From: Dicyema japonicum
Taxonomy: Eukaryota; Animalia; Dicyemida
NCBI GenBank assembly: GCA_011109175.1
Contig: RDEW01000021.1
Location: forward strand, 982,513 to 1,046,512
Direction: 5' to 3'
DNA: 64,000 nucleotides
Below, piece by piece: positions 13,770-26,349 of the stretch; position 1 is the stretch's first letter, and every line of letters begins with the position of its first letter. Made by a program: the position numbers and the translations under genes. Under the pieces are notes generated by a model, which was given only the letters and a program-made list of their open reading frames with translations, was not told where the DNA came from and did no database searches.

Positions 13770-14367
13770 ATGTCGTTCAGGTTGATACAACCTCGTCTTT
13801 TAACAAACTTAAATATCACTAGGAATGGTATATTAGGGGGTAACTTTAAATAGCATGGCACAAACACTGGAAGCCCTCTTCGTACCCCAAAACGGAGGCA
13901 GAACGTAAAAAGTCTGCTGAGAAATACGGTCTCCTCCCAGAAGATTATGAGCCATATCCCGATGATGGTTGCGGAAAGGGGGACTATCCTAAGCTTCCAA
14001 GAGTCTCTTCCCTGGCGAAGGATCCCTACGAAGATTGGGACTACCCTGAGGAACGGAGGGACTTCAACGAACCCGTACTGTCCACTATAACGTTAGATGC
14101 ACTCCTTCTATGAAACCATGTCTCCCTCACGTTGGGACTCCAGCAAGAAGCTTCCTCATTCGAGGTTTTCCGTGGTACATATTCAGTTTGGTCACCGTGC
14201 TTTTGTGTGTTCTAGCACCCGTGTGTTCTGCACGTGGAATTATATACAGACTAATTACATCCCCATCTTCCCTGCTGTACTTTATTTCACCTCAATTAAA
14301 GATGCCCCGACAGTACCCATCAGAAGATGGAAGTCTCGTCCACTACACTTTTAAGATTATTGACTAA
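13770..14367 (+). CDS. NDUFB8: NADH dehydrogenase 1 beta subcomplex subunit 8; introns 13828-13853 (26 nt) and 14075-14096 (22 nt); structure of the transmembrane region uncertain
   Basis: Transit-peptide-like MSFRLIQPRLL..., then YPKTEAERKKSAEKYGLLPEDYEPYPDDGCGKGDYPKLP...DPYEDWDYPEERRDFNEP and PRQYP...HYTF. Confidence 0.9.
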
Positions 14368-14745
14368 CCGTGCTTAGTTAACCTTCATTAATAAATTTAC
14401 TTTGATCTGCTTTGATCTCAGTGAAAGAGTATTTTAGAATAAATAATTCATCAAGTTACTGCAGGTTTGGCCGGGGGTTCGAACCAGGTGTTTTGTATGA
14501 ACAAATGATAATTTTTGATGTCCTTTCGATTCTGGGCTCTTCTTGAGATTGTAGGATCAGGCCAGTATGTGTAAGTAGTTGGTGGGCGACTTTTTGTACT
14601 CACATACTGTGGGAGGTCGATATAATTTACTAAAGAGTTGAAAATGCAAGACCGCGTTATTCTCCAGCTTTGATGGACAAGGTGATTCAGGTCTACTTGG
14701 AGATTCAAAGACGTTCGCGGAATCAATGCCGCTTTCGGGGATCAC

Positions 14746-15030
14746 TCAGCTAGGCAAGATTGCGCTTCTAATCTCTTGGAGAACACCTCTGGTTACAGAT
14801 CCAGTCACACCCGAAGTCTCAAATGCAATTGGGACGAAACAGAAATGGTCCCCAAGCGCTGAATATTTAGCCACTTTCCTCCGTTCGGCAGAGTCAGAGG
14901 CAGGACAGTCAGAGATTATACTGAGTACCACATTAGGCATTGAAAAAGCATCAATACAAGTAACAGTCCACACGAGAGCATCCTTGGGTAAATAAGAAGA
15001 TTGTTGTGGTCTCCCCCGGTCGTACCTCAT
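14746..15030 (-). mobile_element. CRE-like endonuclease fragment
   Basis: VWTVTCIDAF...AERRKVAKYSALGDHFCFVPIAFETSG. Confidence 0.75.
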
Positions 15031-16479
15031 TGTAATAATGTATATACAGCTTCATTATGAGTGAAAACCCTCGTCTTCCTTCTTCTAGTGAGCATGGATG
15101 ATATGCATATTAAGAAGTTGGAAACCCAAAGTTTTGAACAAAGGAAAAGTCAGGTGCACGTAGAATCCGGACTCAAATCTCGTCCAGGCAAAATTAAAAG
15201 AACTTGGAGAATTACTTACCAAAAGCCGCGCGTATGGGATAGTTAATGTATGCTACTAATAAGCAGATCTCCAGGGTAGAATCGTCCAAATGTTACTATG
15301 CTCTAAAGTACTTAAATTAAGGTCTTTGATATCTAAGTAGAATTTGTCTCAAATATTAAAGAAATGTTGTTGTTAGCGTTAAAGATTTTGTATCCCCTCT
15401 GTCTGGTTCCTTCATTGTACGAAAGTAGAATTAAGGCCTTTACTGAAACAAAAATTTTTTATTAAGCAGGAAGCATGAATGGAACAGTAGGGACCATAAT
15501 TTCTTGGCCCTGCCCTTCACATTCCTCATTCCTTTTAGACTCGTATGTACAAGTCAAAAATTTAAGTTTTTTTTATGAAACTTGGAATTTTTTTTCTCGT
15601 CGATCTCTGAGACAAATTATAGGAATTCTGTCATTAGTGACTCTTGGAATCTCGCCTTTGTCTTTTCGGTGTTAAGATAAAATAGACAGTCTACACAGCA
15701 CCGACCAGGCCAGAAGTTAAGCTGATGCTCTCTCAGAAAGTCTGTATCTTCGACTAGGTCCTAAATTTCTTTTGAAAATGATGCATGAGGTTGATAGGCA
15801 GATAGCTCAGTGAATCCATTTTAAGCTTTCCTGTGTTTTTGCAATCAGTACAACAGTGTTCTTCCTGGGAACATCTCTCGTTTGCACGGATATGTCCCCC
15901 GGAATTCTAGTAAGAGCCTCCTTGGACATCCCCACCTTTATATTGTCGAAACCCGGAGCCTTGTTCCACAGTCCATGATAGGCATCTTTATTTCTCGTAA
16001 GGATATCCTTTAGTCTTCTTCAAAGGTGTCTACTGACGATAATCTCTGGGAATTGGGTTGTCACATGTCACTCCCGGAACCAATTGAGGTGGTTGAATAC
16101 TCCTGCGCTGACAATAATGACCAATTAGTAAAATGTGGGAAATGCAATGAAAAATAATTTCGAGTTTTCCCATAAAAAATGATATTTTTAGGAATATCTT
16201 TTGTAAGCAATCTTGGTACGATCGGCTTTAAAGTTTGATTTTATGTGCCAATGTAACATAATTAACTCTCTTGACAATAAGACTCAACAAAGTCATTATC
16301 TTGTAAGGGGTCACAGTCTCGTCTCGATCACATAAATCTCTGAAACATTTTTTCATCTATTTTTAAAATTTCATCAAATGTTTGGCATAAATTAATAAAT
16401 CATCTTCAATAAAATAGTCTTTTAGATTGTTGGGACGTGGAAATTCTTTTTTCCCAACATTATTATTATTATTATAAGC

Positions 16480-16781
16480 AACTACATAGAATCATATAAA
16501 CTATAATTCTATTCGTGCCGCGTCTGAACAATCCTCTTAATTAGCCTTTCCCATCCCCTCCTGTCCGATGCCAAGTGCCGCAGACTACTAAGGTCTTCAC
16601 CATCCTTTAGTAGTCTGGTTACTGATCTCAGGTCACCATTAAGGACTTCCGGAAGAGTTATTCTTGGACGACCTCTGAACTTCTCCCCTGACGTATCGAA
16701 GTATTCTTCCATGACGACGTTTGCTGGCGTGTCTTGTTCCAATCTGAGAATATGGCCAAACAGTCTCCAGCGAGCCTTCAT
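16480..16781 (-). mobile_element. RTE LINE 5'-truncated copy
   Basis: RWRLFGHILRL...FRGRPRITLP...RRGWERL; (TAA)n-like tail near 16460. Confidence 0.8.
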
Positions 16782-16897
16782 AATGCAATTGGGACGAAAC
16801 AGAAATGGTCCCTACATTGTGACCAAATAATTATCGTTTCGATATAAAAAGCAGTAAAAAGTGAATTTAATTCTTTTTAATAATTCCACATTATTTG

Positions 16898-17130
16898 CCA
16901 CGTGGAATCATGTGGCTAGTTGGTTAAAAATTTAGTTTCCTTCCATCTGATGGCGTCATTGGATCCGTCTTATTAGGGAGACGCCCAATGCCTGGCCGGC
17001 ATCAAAAGGATCCAACTATTCTTTTCCCTCCGGAGACAACTTCGTTAGCTGGAGACAAGTTCTGGAATCCCTGGAACTCGTCAGGATCAAGGAGTTAGTT
17101 AGTTTTACCTTTGGTCTTTTGAATAATTTT
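16898..17130 (+). mobile_element. SINE subfamily C, full-length copy
   Basis: Head ccacgtggaatcatgtggctagttgg, core 16952-17013, tail caggatcaaggagttagttagttttacctttggtc. Confidence 0.8.
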
Positions 17131-17299
17131 ATTTAATTTTTAATTATTTAATTTTTAATTGCGTGCGTCGACCATCTCTTAGATATAATCCTATTTTTAA
17201 TTAATTTTAAAATTACTTTAAATTCATTAAATTAATAAATAAAAAAATAAATATTTAGCGGATTCTGGTTCCAGGACAAATTTAATGTCCAAAGATTTG

Positions 17300-18500
17300 A
17301 AAACTCTACTACACAGGTGGAGAGAAATTAGCAGCACCAGACAGTCGCCATTTGATAACCATCTCACTTCAGTGTGTATTAAATTGGTACAAAGTCTTCA
17401 TTACTAACTCGTAGATGTCGAAAGGCGATTTTGTTCACAGCCAAAATAACTTTATTGAGTCATGTAGGGGACCATTTGTACATTGAGCTACCAAAAGCAG
17501 TCGATGTCAACAATGAAGTCATTAGGTGTTGAAGCAAAACCGCGATAACAGCCAACCACGGTGCCCCATCAGTCCTACATCCAACTATATTTTAATTGGA
17601 ACGTCTTAAGCTTGGGTTAGGATCATGGTTGGATTATGATCGAAGTATGTTGAGTCAACTGACACATTGTCGATTAACGCTTTTGTGTTTTCATGCTGCG
17701 ATCTGGAATTTCCAAACATTCTTCAGTTTCCCTGCAAATTCCACCAAAGGTCCATTGCTGGGTGATTTATTATTGTTAATTAAACAGATAATACCGCTTT
17801 ACAATATCTTTTATAGAGAAAATTCCCCTTGTTTGTAAGAAATTAATACATTCTTCATTATTTTGGGGAAATTAAGTTGTTTCCACATGAAATATTTGTA
17901 AATAAAAAATTCAAAAAAATAATAATTAATCGAAGGAAATTATTATTTCTAACTATTGCACGTGGCGTAAACGTTAGTGTGGTGCTATGTGGCTACATGG
18001 ATTGAAGATTATTTCTATGATTCTTCTGTTTCTCTTCTTCCCTTTTAGATCCAGAGAGCTTTAATTGCTTGCGTGCGTCGTGTGGTCCACCATCTCTGGT
18101 GGTGCCAGATATAATCCTAATGGCTTCTCCAGTTGATCTCAGTTGCGATCTCGTGAGGCAACTCGACGTCGATTACGTCAGCAGGGACCACTTTTGATTG
18201 AGTTTTTGTGTTTTTTAATGTTAAGTGATTTATCCTAATTTATATCCTAAAGGACCATCAGACAAGTAATATGGATTCATTTCCATGAAGGACTCATCAA
18301 GTTGCAAACTTTATTCTGTATCTCCACATACCACATTGTCATTGTTGTTGATTTGTGCATTACTGTTGTCGATTATGGCACTATAAATTCCACTGTGGGC
18401 GGCTTTCCTGATTTGTTGATAACTAAAGGGACACCATCGTTCAATCTGAAGAGTTTCATAGCCTCATTGAAGAACGGCTTTGAGTATATAATTTTTAAAA
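17300..18500 (-). mobile_element. hAT (Buster/Charlie-like) transposase remnant, interrupted by a SINE
   Basis: Minus-strand pieces LQLDES (~18290), RTDGAP (~17570) and HTEVRWLSNG (~17350) occur in the expected order. Confidence 0.6.
17958..18130 (+). mobile_element. SINE subfamily D copy
   Basis: Head gtggtgctatgtggcta, pyrimidine tract, core gcgtcgtgtggtccaccatctctggtggtgcc; homologous to the reverse complement of 27890-28135. Confidence 0.7.
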
Positions 18501-19121
18501 CCTCAAAAAAACCAAGAAATAAAGCATCAACTCGCTAATTATCTGACCTCAGCGTCCAACATCTCTCGAATTCTCCTCGAATGCTGCGATCCAACTGAAC
18601 TCCAGAAGTACTTTCTTTCATGTCTGCAGAAGAATTCGATCGGAGTGCAGTTTTTTATTGTCGATCTGAATTCCTCTACATGGGCCGCCCTTTCCTAGAA
18701 TGGGTTTCCTAGCTCCTTACAGATATGTAGGAGGCCCTGGCCATTTCTCAACGTCGCCGCCTCTGAAAGGAGACTTGGGGTAAATATGGTGTCTTTAATA
18801 ATGGTCTTGGGATTTATACTTATTCCCACGTCTGCCATTTTCCAACCATAGCATGATATTCGGATGTAAATTTGAATTAAAGATCTTTTTGTTAGGAGTA
18901 TCCTCGAAACAGAGTCGAAAGCTTTCGTATATCGATAGACACCAGAGCTGTCCGTAAATGATAATATATGCCACAATGATTTAACTCACATGATTTTAAA
19001 ATACTGGTTTGGCAAACTAAAATTATCATTAAATTAAAATATTAAAATAATTCCAAATACCAAGGATAACAAAATTGTTGAACTGGTGACGTGGTTCTGA
19101 TTAATTATGTCTATTTCATAC

Positions 19122-21935
19122 ATGACTAATGATCTCTTCACACTAGCGTCACTCAACGTCCGTGGATTGAAAGAAAAACATAAAAGGAAGGATCTAATAA
19201 ATGACTCAACATCATAAAGTCACTATATGCAGTATACAGGAGACTAAAGTGAAGGATGCAGTTGAGGAGAACTACGGAGAGTTTAGACTTATACTACTAG
19301 ACTCCGAATGCAACCACTACGGACTTGGCTTTGCTATACATAAATGTCTTGATGGGAGAATCCACAGAGTGTGGAGGGTTAATGACAGAATAGCAGTACT
19401 CCAGATTAAGAGTGGGAGGACTGATAATTCCTTTATATCCATAATTAATGTCTACGCGCCCACAATGGCGAGGGTTTCTACAAATCCCGATGAACTTGAT
19501 CTGTTGTATATGTAACCTCCGGATACCATCTCTGATCTCAAAGGTTGCTTTAAGATATTTCTGTGTGGTGATTGGAATGCTAAAGTGGGACACTGTCCAT
19601 GGAGAGAACCATGTATGGGTAGACATGCCAGGGGGAGGAAGAATATGTCAGGAGAATCGCTCGTGCAATTTTGTAACATGGTTGACTACTTCATTTGTAA
19701 TTCTGCATTCGACCACAATGCGAGGCATAAGACTACGTGGATTGGACACAGAAAGGATGAAAATGGTGACTATGTCCGGATATACAACCAGATTGATTAT
19801 GTTATGTGTAAAAGATCTCTCCGTGCTTTACTAACGGACTCCCGCACCTATGGAGGCACCATTACTTATAGTTATCATAAACTGCTAGTTGCACGTTTCA
19901 GAATGAAGAGATATTTCGGAATAGATGGAGCTAAAAAGAAGAGAGCTTATCTGGATCGTTTTATTGTGGAAAAATTATGCTTATGTGAGAGACGCGTGAA
20001 GATTATTATATGACAATTAAGGAGATTGTGAACATAAATATGGAAAATCCCCCAGAGATGATTTGGAATGCTACTGTTGATGGAATAAAGAAGGCACGTT
20101 TCGACGTGCTTGGGGAAAAAAGGCCGGCAAGATTTAAAGGGGTCTTCGTCAAGGAGATTAGAAGGAGGAAGAAGGAAATTTATGTCAAGAAAATTGACGA
20201 ACGTGTCAGTGAAATTGAGAAGACGGACACAAATGTTTCGAGCAGTTCGTCTTTTGCAGAGGGGATTTCAACCTACGAATATTTTGTATTCACGACAGTC
20301 AAGGAAGAAATGTATTGGATAATAAAGAAAAAATTGAGATTATTGCCGAACATTTTTCAGGACTTTTGAATGAAAATGAAACCTCAAATGTGGAGCCATT
20401 CGAGAAATCACCAAGAAGCCTGAATCTACCGATATCTACAGAGGAAACTAACCTGGCAATCATTAAATTAAACAACAGGGCAGCGGGACCAGACAACATA
20501 CATGGAGAAATGATCAAGTATGCACCAGGCGAACTGACAACCCTCATTACAAAGATTTTCAATAAGGTATTTGAGACGCATTCCCCTTGAAACTTGGTGA
20601 TGGAATTTTGATTCCTCTGCATAAACCAGGAAAGAGCAAGGGACCGATAAAAAATCTAAGACCTGTGATATTACTGGGATCATTGAGGGAGATACTATCT
20701 CTGATAACCCTTAGTCGGATATCTTCAGATGTTTATGAATTTTTGTGCCGGGACAGAGTGGGTTCAGAAAGGGACGCTCGACCACAGATGCTGTTTGGTC
20801 CCACAGGTGGATATGTGCCATTTGTCAACGATACAAGAGTGATTTTAAGATTTTGGGAGTGGACATGTCCAGTGCGTTAGACACTGTCAACAGAAAAACA
20901 TTGTTGGACGTTGCTGGGAGTTTTCTTGATGAGGATAACACGAGACTTGTCTGTTTCCTATTATCGAACACTGAATTAACTGTACGAGTTGGAAACACAA
21001 CATCGAAGCATTTCGGGACAACAGTTAGAATACCTCAGGGAGACTCTCTATCTCCGGTTCTATTAGTCGTATACCTGGAAGCGTCATTGAGAGCTCTTAG
21101 AACAAAATGTGAAGGATGCATGCCGATGGAGATTATATATGCATATGACATAGATTTAGTGTCAGAAAATGATCTGGAACTTGGACTTGCTTTAGAGAAA
21201 ATCCCTGGAGATTTTAAGAATTGGTCTCTGCGAGTTAATCAGGAAAAGACTGAACACATAAGAATCATAAAGGAATCAAAATATATTGATGAAAATTGGA
21301 GGAAAAACGGAAATTGGCATCCTTACTTGGTGATAGTGAGGACATGATGTATAGAATAGTTCTAGCCACTGCCATGTATAAGAAAATGAAGAAGATAAGG
21401 AGTCGACGAACATTAATAAAAACAAATCTAAGAATAAGACTATACAACGCTTATGTACAACTCGGGTACATGGGTGGTCACAGAGCTAGAGTTTAAGAAA
21501 ATGGATATATTTCATCGAAAACAATTACGCAATTTAATGGGCCTAGGTTGGTCCAAGAAGATTTCAAATAAGAAATTATACTCTGTGACACAATCGAGGC
21601 CAATAAGCATCGACATTATTGAATCAAGTGGAGACTTTAGGGCACGTGCTCAGAATGGACATAAACACCCCTGCTAATATAATAATGGACAATTACTTTA
21701 ACAGAGAACAAACCATTATTCAGAGGAAGACCCAGAGTCACTCTACCCGTGGCTCTGAAAAAGGATCTTAATGGATTAAATGATATCTTAAATCTGCAGA
21801 AGACCTAGAAGATCTAAGGACAGATGCGAAAAGCAGAGGGTGATGGAGACGCCTAGTGAAGCAGATTGCAGAACGTGTGGCACAAACGAGACCTTAGTTA
21901 ATATAACGTTCTTTAATTCTGTGAAAGTGCTTTTT
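19122..21935 (+). mobile_element. Near full-length RTE-clade LINE (APE + RT), multiply frameshifted
   Basis: LASLNVRGL, SIQETK, INVYAPT, GDWNAKVG, NQIDY, GFRKGRST, VDMSSALD, PQGDSLSP; catalytic YADD reads YAYD. Confidence 0.9.
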
Positions 21936-21937
21936 AA

Positions 21938-22105
21938 TAATTAAGGGTAACCTAACTAACTAACTTCTTGATCCTGAATCGTTCCAGCGTCCCAGAACTT
22001 GTCTCCAGGTAACGACATTGTCCCCGGGGAAAGAATAGTGGATCCTCTTGATGCCGGCCAAGCATTGGGCGTCTCATCAGTAAGGTGGATCCAATGACGC
22101 TATTA
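21938..22105 (-). mobile_element. SINE subfamily C copy, head truncated
   Basis: Core 22040-22101 and tail match 16898-17130. Confidence 0.75.
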
Positions 22106-22204
22106 AAAAGAGGGATAATTTATTAATTGTATAATTATAATAGTTTTTTATCTCCCACCTGAAAATCCATATTTGGTTCCAAGATTTTCTGTTCAACCCT
22201 GGTA

Positions 22205-22360
22205 CCTTGTGATACCATGTGACTACATGATTGAATATTTCTCTTCCTTTTAGTGGGGTCATCGGATCCACCCTACTTAGGAGACGCCCAATGCTTGGCC
22301 AGCATTCAAAAAGATCTATCTTTTCATTCACCGGGAGAGACTATTTCGCTTTCTGAAAGG
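22205..22360 (+). mobile_element. SINE subfamily C copy, tail truncated
   Basis: Core ggggtcatcggatccaccctacttaggagacgcccaatgcttggccagcattcaaaaagatc at 22255-22316. Confidence 0.7.
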
Positions 22361-23104
22361 ACCACCTTTAGTAAATCCAGTCCTGCCTTCTTCCTCTCCT
22401 CGAAACTTCCGTACTGATAACTCGATGGCATCACTTCATGTTTTCAATGCTTTCAAAAGACAATGCTTTAATGAGAATTTTTTATATGAGTGGAGATTCT
22501 GATGATGTCCATTTCTAGTAAAATCAACTCGAATACTACAGGGGACTTTTGATTCCTTAAGAAATGCTCAAACGTCACCACTGAGTCGTATAGTTAAAAA
22601 CCAAGAAGGAAGCACAACCTTCAGGTGATCCTTAAGTAGTCTCCTCATCTTCCCGATGTTCATCACATGACCGGACGTATTTTCTCGAGCTACAGTAGAT
22701 GCATAGATGTCATCTAAACTACCGTTCTCCTCGTAAGAACCTCGAATGGTGTTGGTAGTAACAACGAAGTAGAGAACCTTTGTAGTATCTGTGATTGTAG
22801 CTTTAAAGTTGTCGATCTTCTATAGATTTGTTTTAGACAGGTTTGTACCCCATAGCTGATGGTCGGTTGTATGGCATAGGGTGACCTTAATGTTGAATTG
22901 AAGCAGTCTTTGTAGTGTTCAATGACAGCCTTTACTATGTTTAGTTTTAGTTGGGACAGGAGATGACGTTGTTGACGTGCTTAGTGAATGTCATTAGGGG
23001 GCCGTACGTTATACACAATAACTTAACAGAGTTTGTGGGGGAGGATTGATTCCCCATTAAGGGCTAAGGAGGTTCAAAGTCTGTTAGGTTCTTCATAAGC
23101 CAAC

Positions 23105-23365
23105 TCTCAGATGGCTAGTGCTGTCACTTATTGTGGGTTCGATCCCCCACCACTGCCTACCTGGTCAAAAATTTCCTACGACTCTGTTTTGTTCGAACCT
23201 AAGAGGTGTCATGTGATCCACCATTATCAGGAGACACCCAGCGCTTGAGCGTAATTCAAAAAGGATCTCTCTTCACTCCATTGGAGTGTCCCCATAATGG
23301 CTGATATGGATGGACGGGCTGCTTGGAAAGGATATCTACTCCGACCGTTGGAACTGGATACCCTT
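23105..23365 (+). mobile_element. Divergent SINE subfamily A copy with a tRNA-like B box upstream
   Basis: ggttcgatccc at ~23136-23146; core 23205-23267; tail ggaactggatacc. Confidence 0.6.
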
Positions 23366-23714
23366 CTTATTAACAACAGACATGTTCTGTTATATTTAAA
23401 AGATGTGATACCCGAAATGGTTTTCTCTACTGTCCTCTTGTAACATGAAGATAGGACCCTCCTAAACTCATCTTGATTGTCCGTTTCTTTACTGCCGTTT
23501 CTTCAACCTCAAACGTTTAATTATCTGACAGTGTCGATAAAGATGCTGTGAATGGGCCATGAGACTTATGGAGACACCAACCATGACTCTGAACCATACA
23601 AGGATATTTAGTAAGTTTCAGCATATTGACCAGAACTAAGCCCGTAAATCAAAATTCAGTACGACTTCAGTAAGAAGTAAAGTAAAAATTAATTTTGTTA
23701 ATAAAGCTTGCTAG

Positions 23715-24448
23715 TCACATCAAATAATTGTTAGGATTAAAATAAACAGAGTTCTCGCTGTGACTGAGAATATGTTTGTTCAGGTACGCCCCATCACTGT
23801 AGGATTTGCCGCAATAACGGCAAATGAAGTGCTTCTTATGTTTGGTCTCAATGTGCGTTGGAATATGGATCCACAACGAGGACTGGTCTTTGAAGCATTT
23901 GTGACACGAATAGCAGCGAAAAGGCTTGTCCACTTGCTCGTGGATTCTGAATCGGTTACAAAGCCTTACCTTTTGTGGGACAGGAGATTTGAGAGCTGAA
24001 TAAAGGTTTTCCCGCAATCTGGGAAGTCACAGACGTAGGGTCGCTCACCCGAGTGAGTTCTGTGATGCTGAATTTTGTGTGTGCGCTGTTTAAACTGTTT
24101 TTGGCAAATTTCGCACACGTGGGGCTTGTAGTTGTCGTGGATTCGCTGATGTTGGGCTAAATACGAGGCATAGGCGAATTTCTTGGGGCATCGCTTGCAT
24201 TCATAAGGCCGTGGATTTACTTTGTGGATGAATCCAATGTGGTGGAGCAATTTGGCGTATGTTTCGAAAGTCTAGGATCCCCCGATCGAACCAACCTGAT
24301 TGCAAAACTTGCAGTTGTAACGATATTTTTTAGGCTGTTCTGAGTATTTGAAATCATAGTCCCCGTAGTATCTCGCATGGTTTGGCCGGAATGGCCGACT
24401 TCCAGGATGTGCCGTCTGACCGGCACCCTCTGTTTTGGGATAATACAT
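23715..24448 (-). CDS. rn: C2H2 zinc-finger transcription factor, rotund/squeeze/lin-29/ZNF362-384 family, 228 aa; introns 24272-24295 (24 nt) and 23947-23969 (23 nt)
   Basis: Spliced fingers FAYASYLAQHQRIH, CDFPDCGKTFIQLSNLLSHKRIH...DKPFRCYSCHKCF...HIPTHIETKHKKHFICRYCGKSY match the rotund/lin-29 finger array; 687 nt open. Confidence 0.85.
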
Positions 24449-24799
24449 TATTTTCAATCAAAGGTGATGTTTTTCTGCGAAAGTACTTAAGCTATATTTA
24501 CAAAAGTGCCAGATGTTATTTCCCCTGGTTTTTTAATAGCATGACAAATTGAAATTGATTAACTGTAAGAACATAGAAAAACAAAATCGGAAATATAAGG
24601 TCACGTGGGCGAGACAGAGTTTTTGAGAGTCGTCTTGTGGCACAAAAACATTGACTGGTACTTCTGGTGAGGGAAATCGAATATGGGATCTCATAAGTAG
24701 ACAATAATGACACGTGGGTAGAGCATGATTGAGGTACTCCAACCTGGGACAGATGAATTTGAATCCAGAAGTTGGTGAATCCGATACTTCTTATATCAG

Positions 24800-26150
24800 A
24801 ACTTAGGGTCTTCGATATCTCCCAGATTGATTACGAAGAAAGACGATAGATTATATTTAATTTGGGGGATGAATACATTAAGTGATGATAGCTATACCAT
24901 AGTCACCAGATCCATGTCGACATCTCAAAAACAAATGATCCATTGTGCCATTGGTTCTTATACAGCTCCTGTAAGATGACTTTCAGTTCTTTCAATTTGG
25001 GCCGGAAACGTGGGTACTTTGCGCGAACTTTGGATTTATGATATCCCCTGTGTCCGTCACCTCATCTATACTTACAAAAGCTTCCATTTTAGAACTCCCA
25101 TAATCCCAGCATACTCAAACAGGGACCTTGATTCTCTTCCTTGAGCCCACACAAGCTCGTAGCGGCCGTATAACTGGATGCTCGTAGTCCACGGGCACGT
25201 TCCTCGGTTCTTACGGATTAAAGATTCGAGAGACATTGGAGAGGGGATCTTCCACAAGTCCATCACTCAGTAATTTTAGTCTTTTTCTGGTAAATCCCAA
25301 TCCACAGCTAGCGACAAGCAACTTAAAAAGAACCTTCTAGAATTCTGGTTACCAGCCATTTGTATTCCGTGTTTCCCGAGTTCGAGAATGCTGAATGAAA
25401 ACTTCACTTTATAATATTCTTAAACATCAAAGCATGTGACCACCTCGTCTCCAATTGTATTCAAACAATTTTTGGATTTCTTCTTTGTTGAAAGATGGGG
25501 TCCTGACTTCCCACTATACTGTCGCAAATGGAATCAACATTGATAGTTGAGGTTCGCATGTCTTCCTAAGAAAAACCCTATCCAAAGACTAGTTTTACCA
25601 CAAAATTCATTTTGGAAGTACAACTCAATTCTGCGAGATTTCAACTCAGTTGAGGGCATAAGGACCCATATTGATTTTTTAGAAGTTTTCAGTTCTTGTA
25701 TCTCAAAATCCTTATCAAATGAACTTGGCACCACTTAAAAAATGAACCGCAGTTTCTTAATAGAGACTGAGGCCTCTTATCAATTACTTTGAAGGATTTC
25801 CAGTTTTCACTTTCTGACTACATTTTAACAAAAACTCGAATTTTCATTAAGAGAATTGATCGCAAGAGGTTCCTTCAAAAAACATGATAATTTTTCAGCT
25901 CTGAGAAGTGGGTTAGAGCTCTTTAACGTATTAACTTGATTGTCTTTACTGAATTATCAAATTCACAACGGATTGGCTTTATCAGTGAAATTAGTTTTTC
26001 AAAAAAATCTAAACTCAAATCATCGGCATTTAATCCGATAATTCGAGAATGATATCAATTTAAGCTCTTCTGTTTGTACTCCTAGTAAGATTCTCTCGTT
26101 GTTCCCTAGTGGTAAGAAAATCTCATCTACGGAAGAAAGCGAGGACAAGT
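24800..26150 (-). mobile_element. Degenerate LINE RT remnant
   Basis: Only scattered motif traces (DPLS, xFDV); many stops. Confidence 0.3.
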
Positions 26151-26349
26151 GAAAATGAGAGATTATTTAAATATTATTAAATCGATATAAAAGGCAAAAT
26201 GTTACCCCCATGATCATAATGGCAGTACTTTGGAAGTGCTATTTCGTCATTCTGCGTTTACTCTTCAGTGTTCCTGCAAATCATCAGATCGTTAAGGAAA
26301 ACATTAATATTAAATTATTGTGTATTATAAATCACTTTATTATTTTAGA

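Noticed and set aside
14451-14745. Possible 3' end of a minus-strand gene with a 24-nt intron (gtaaattatatcgacctcccacag)
   Set aside because: The reading frame looks plausible, but I recognise no family, and upstream is CRE/LINE debris; left uncalled.
16803-17477. 15-nt inverted match aaatggtccctacat
   Set aside because: Matches of this length are expected by chance in 64 kb, and there is no supporting structure.
22040-22085. ctgatgag within a SINE C core as a hammerhead ribozyme
   Set aside because: No GAAA after stem II, and ctgatga is absent from the other copies.
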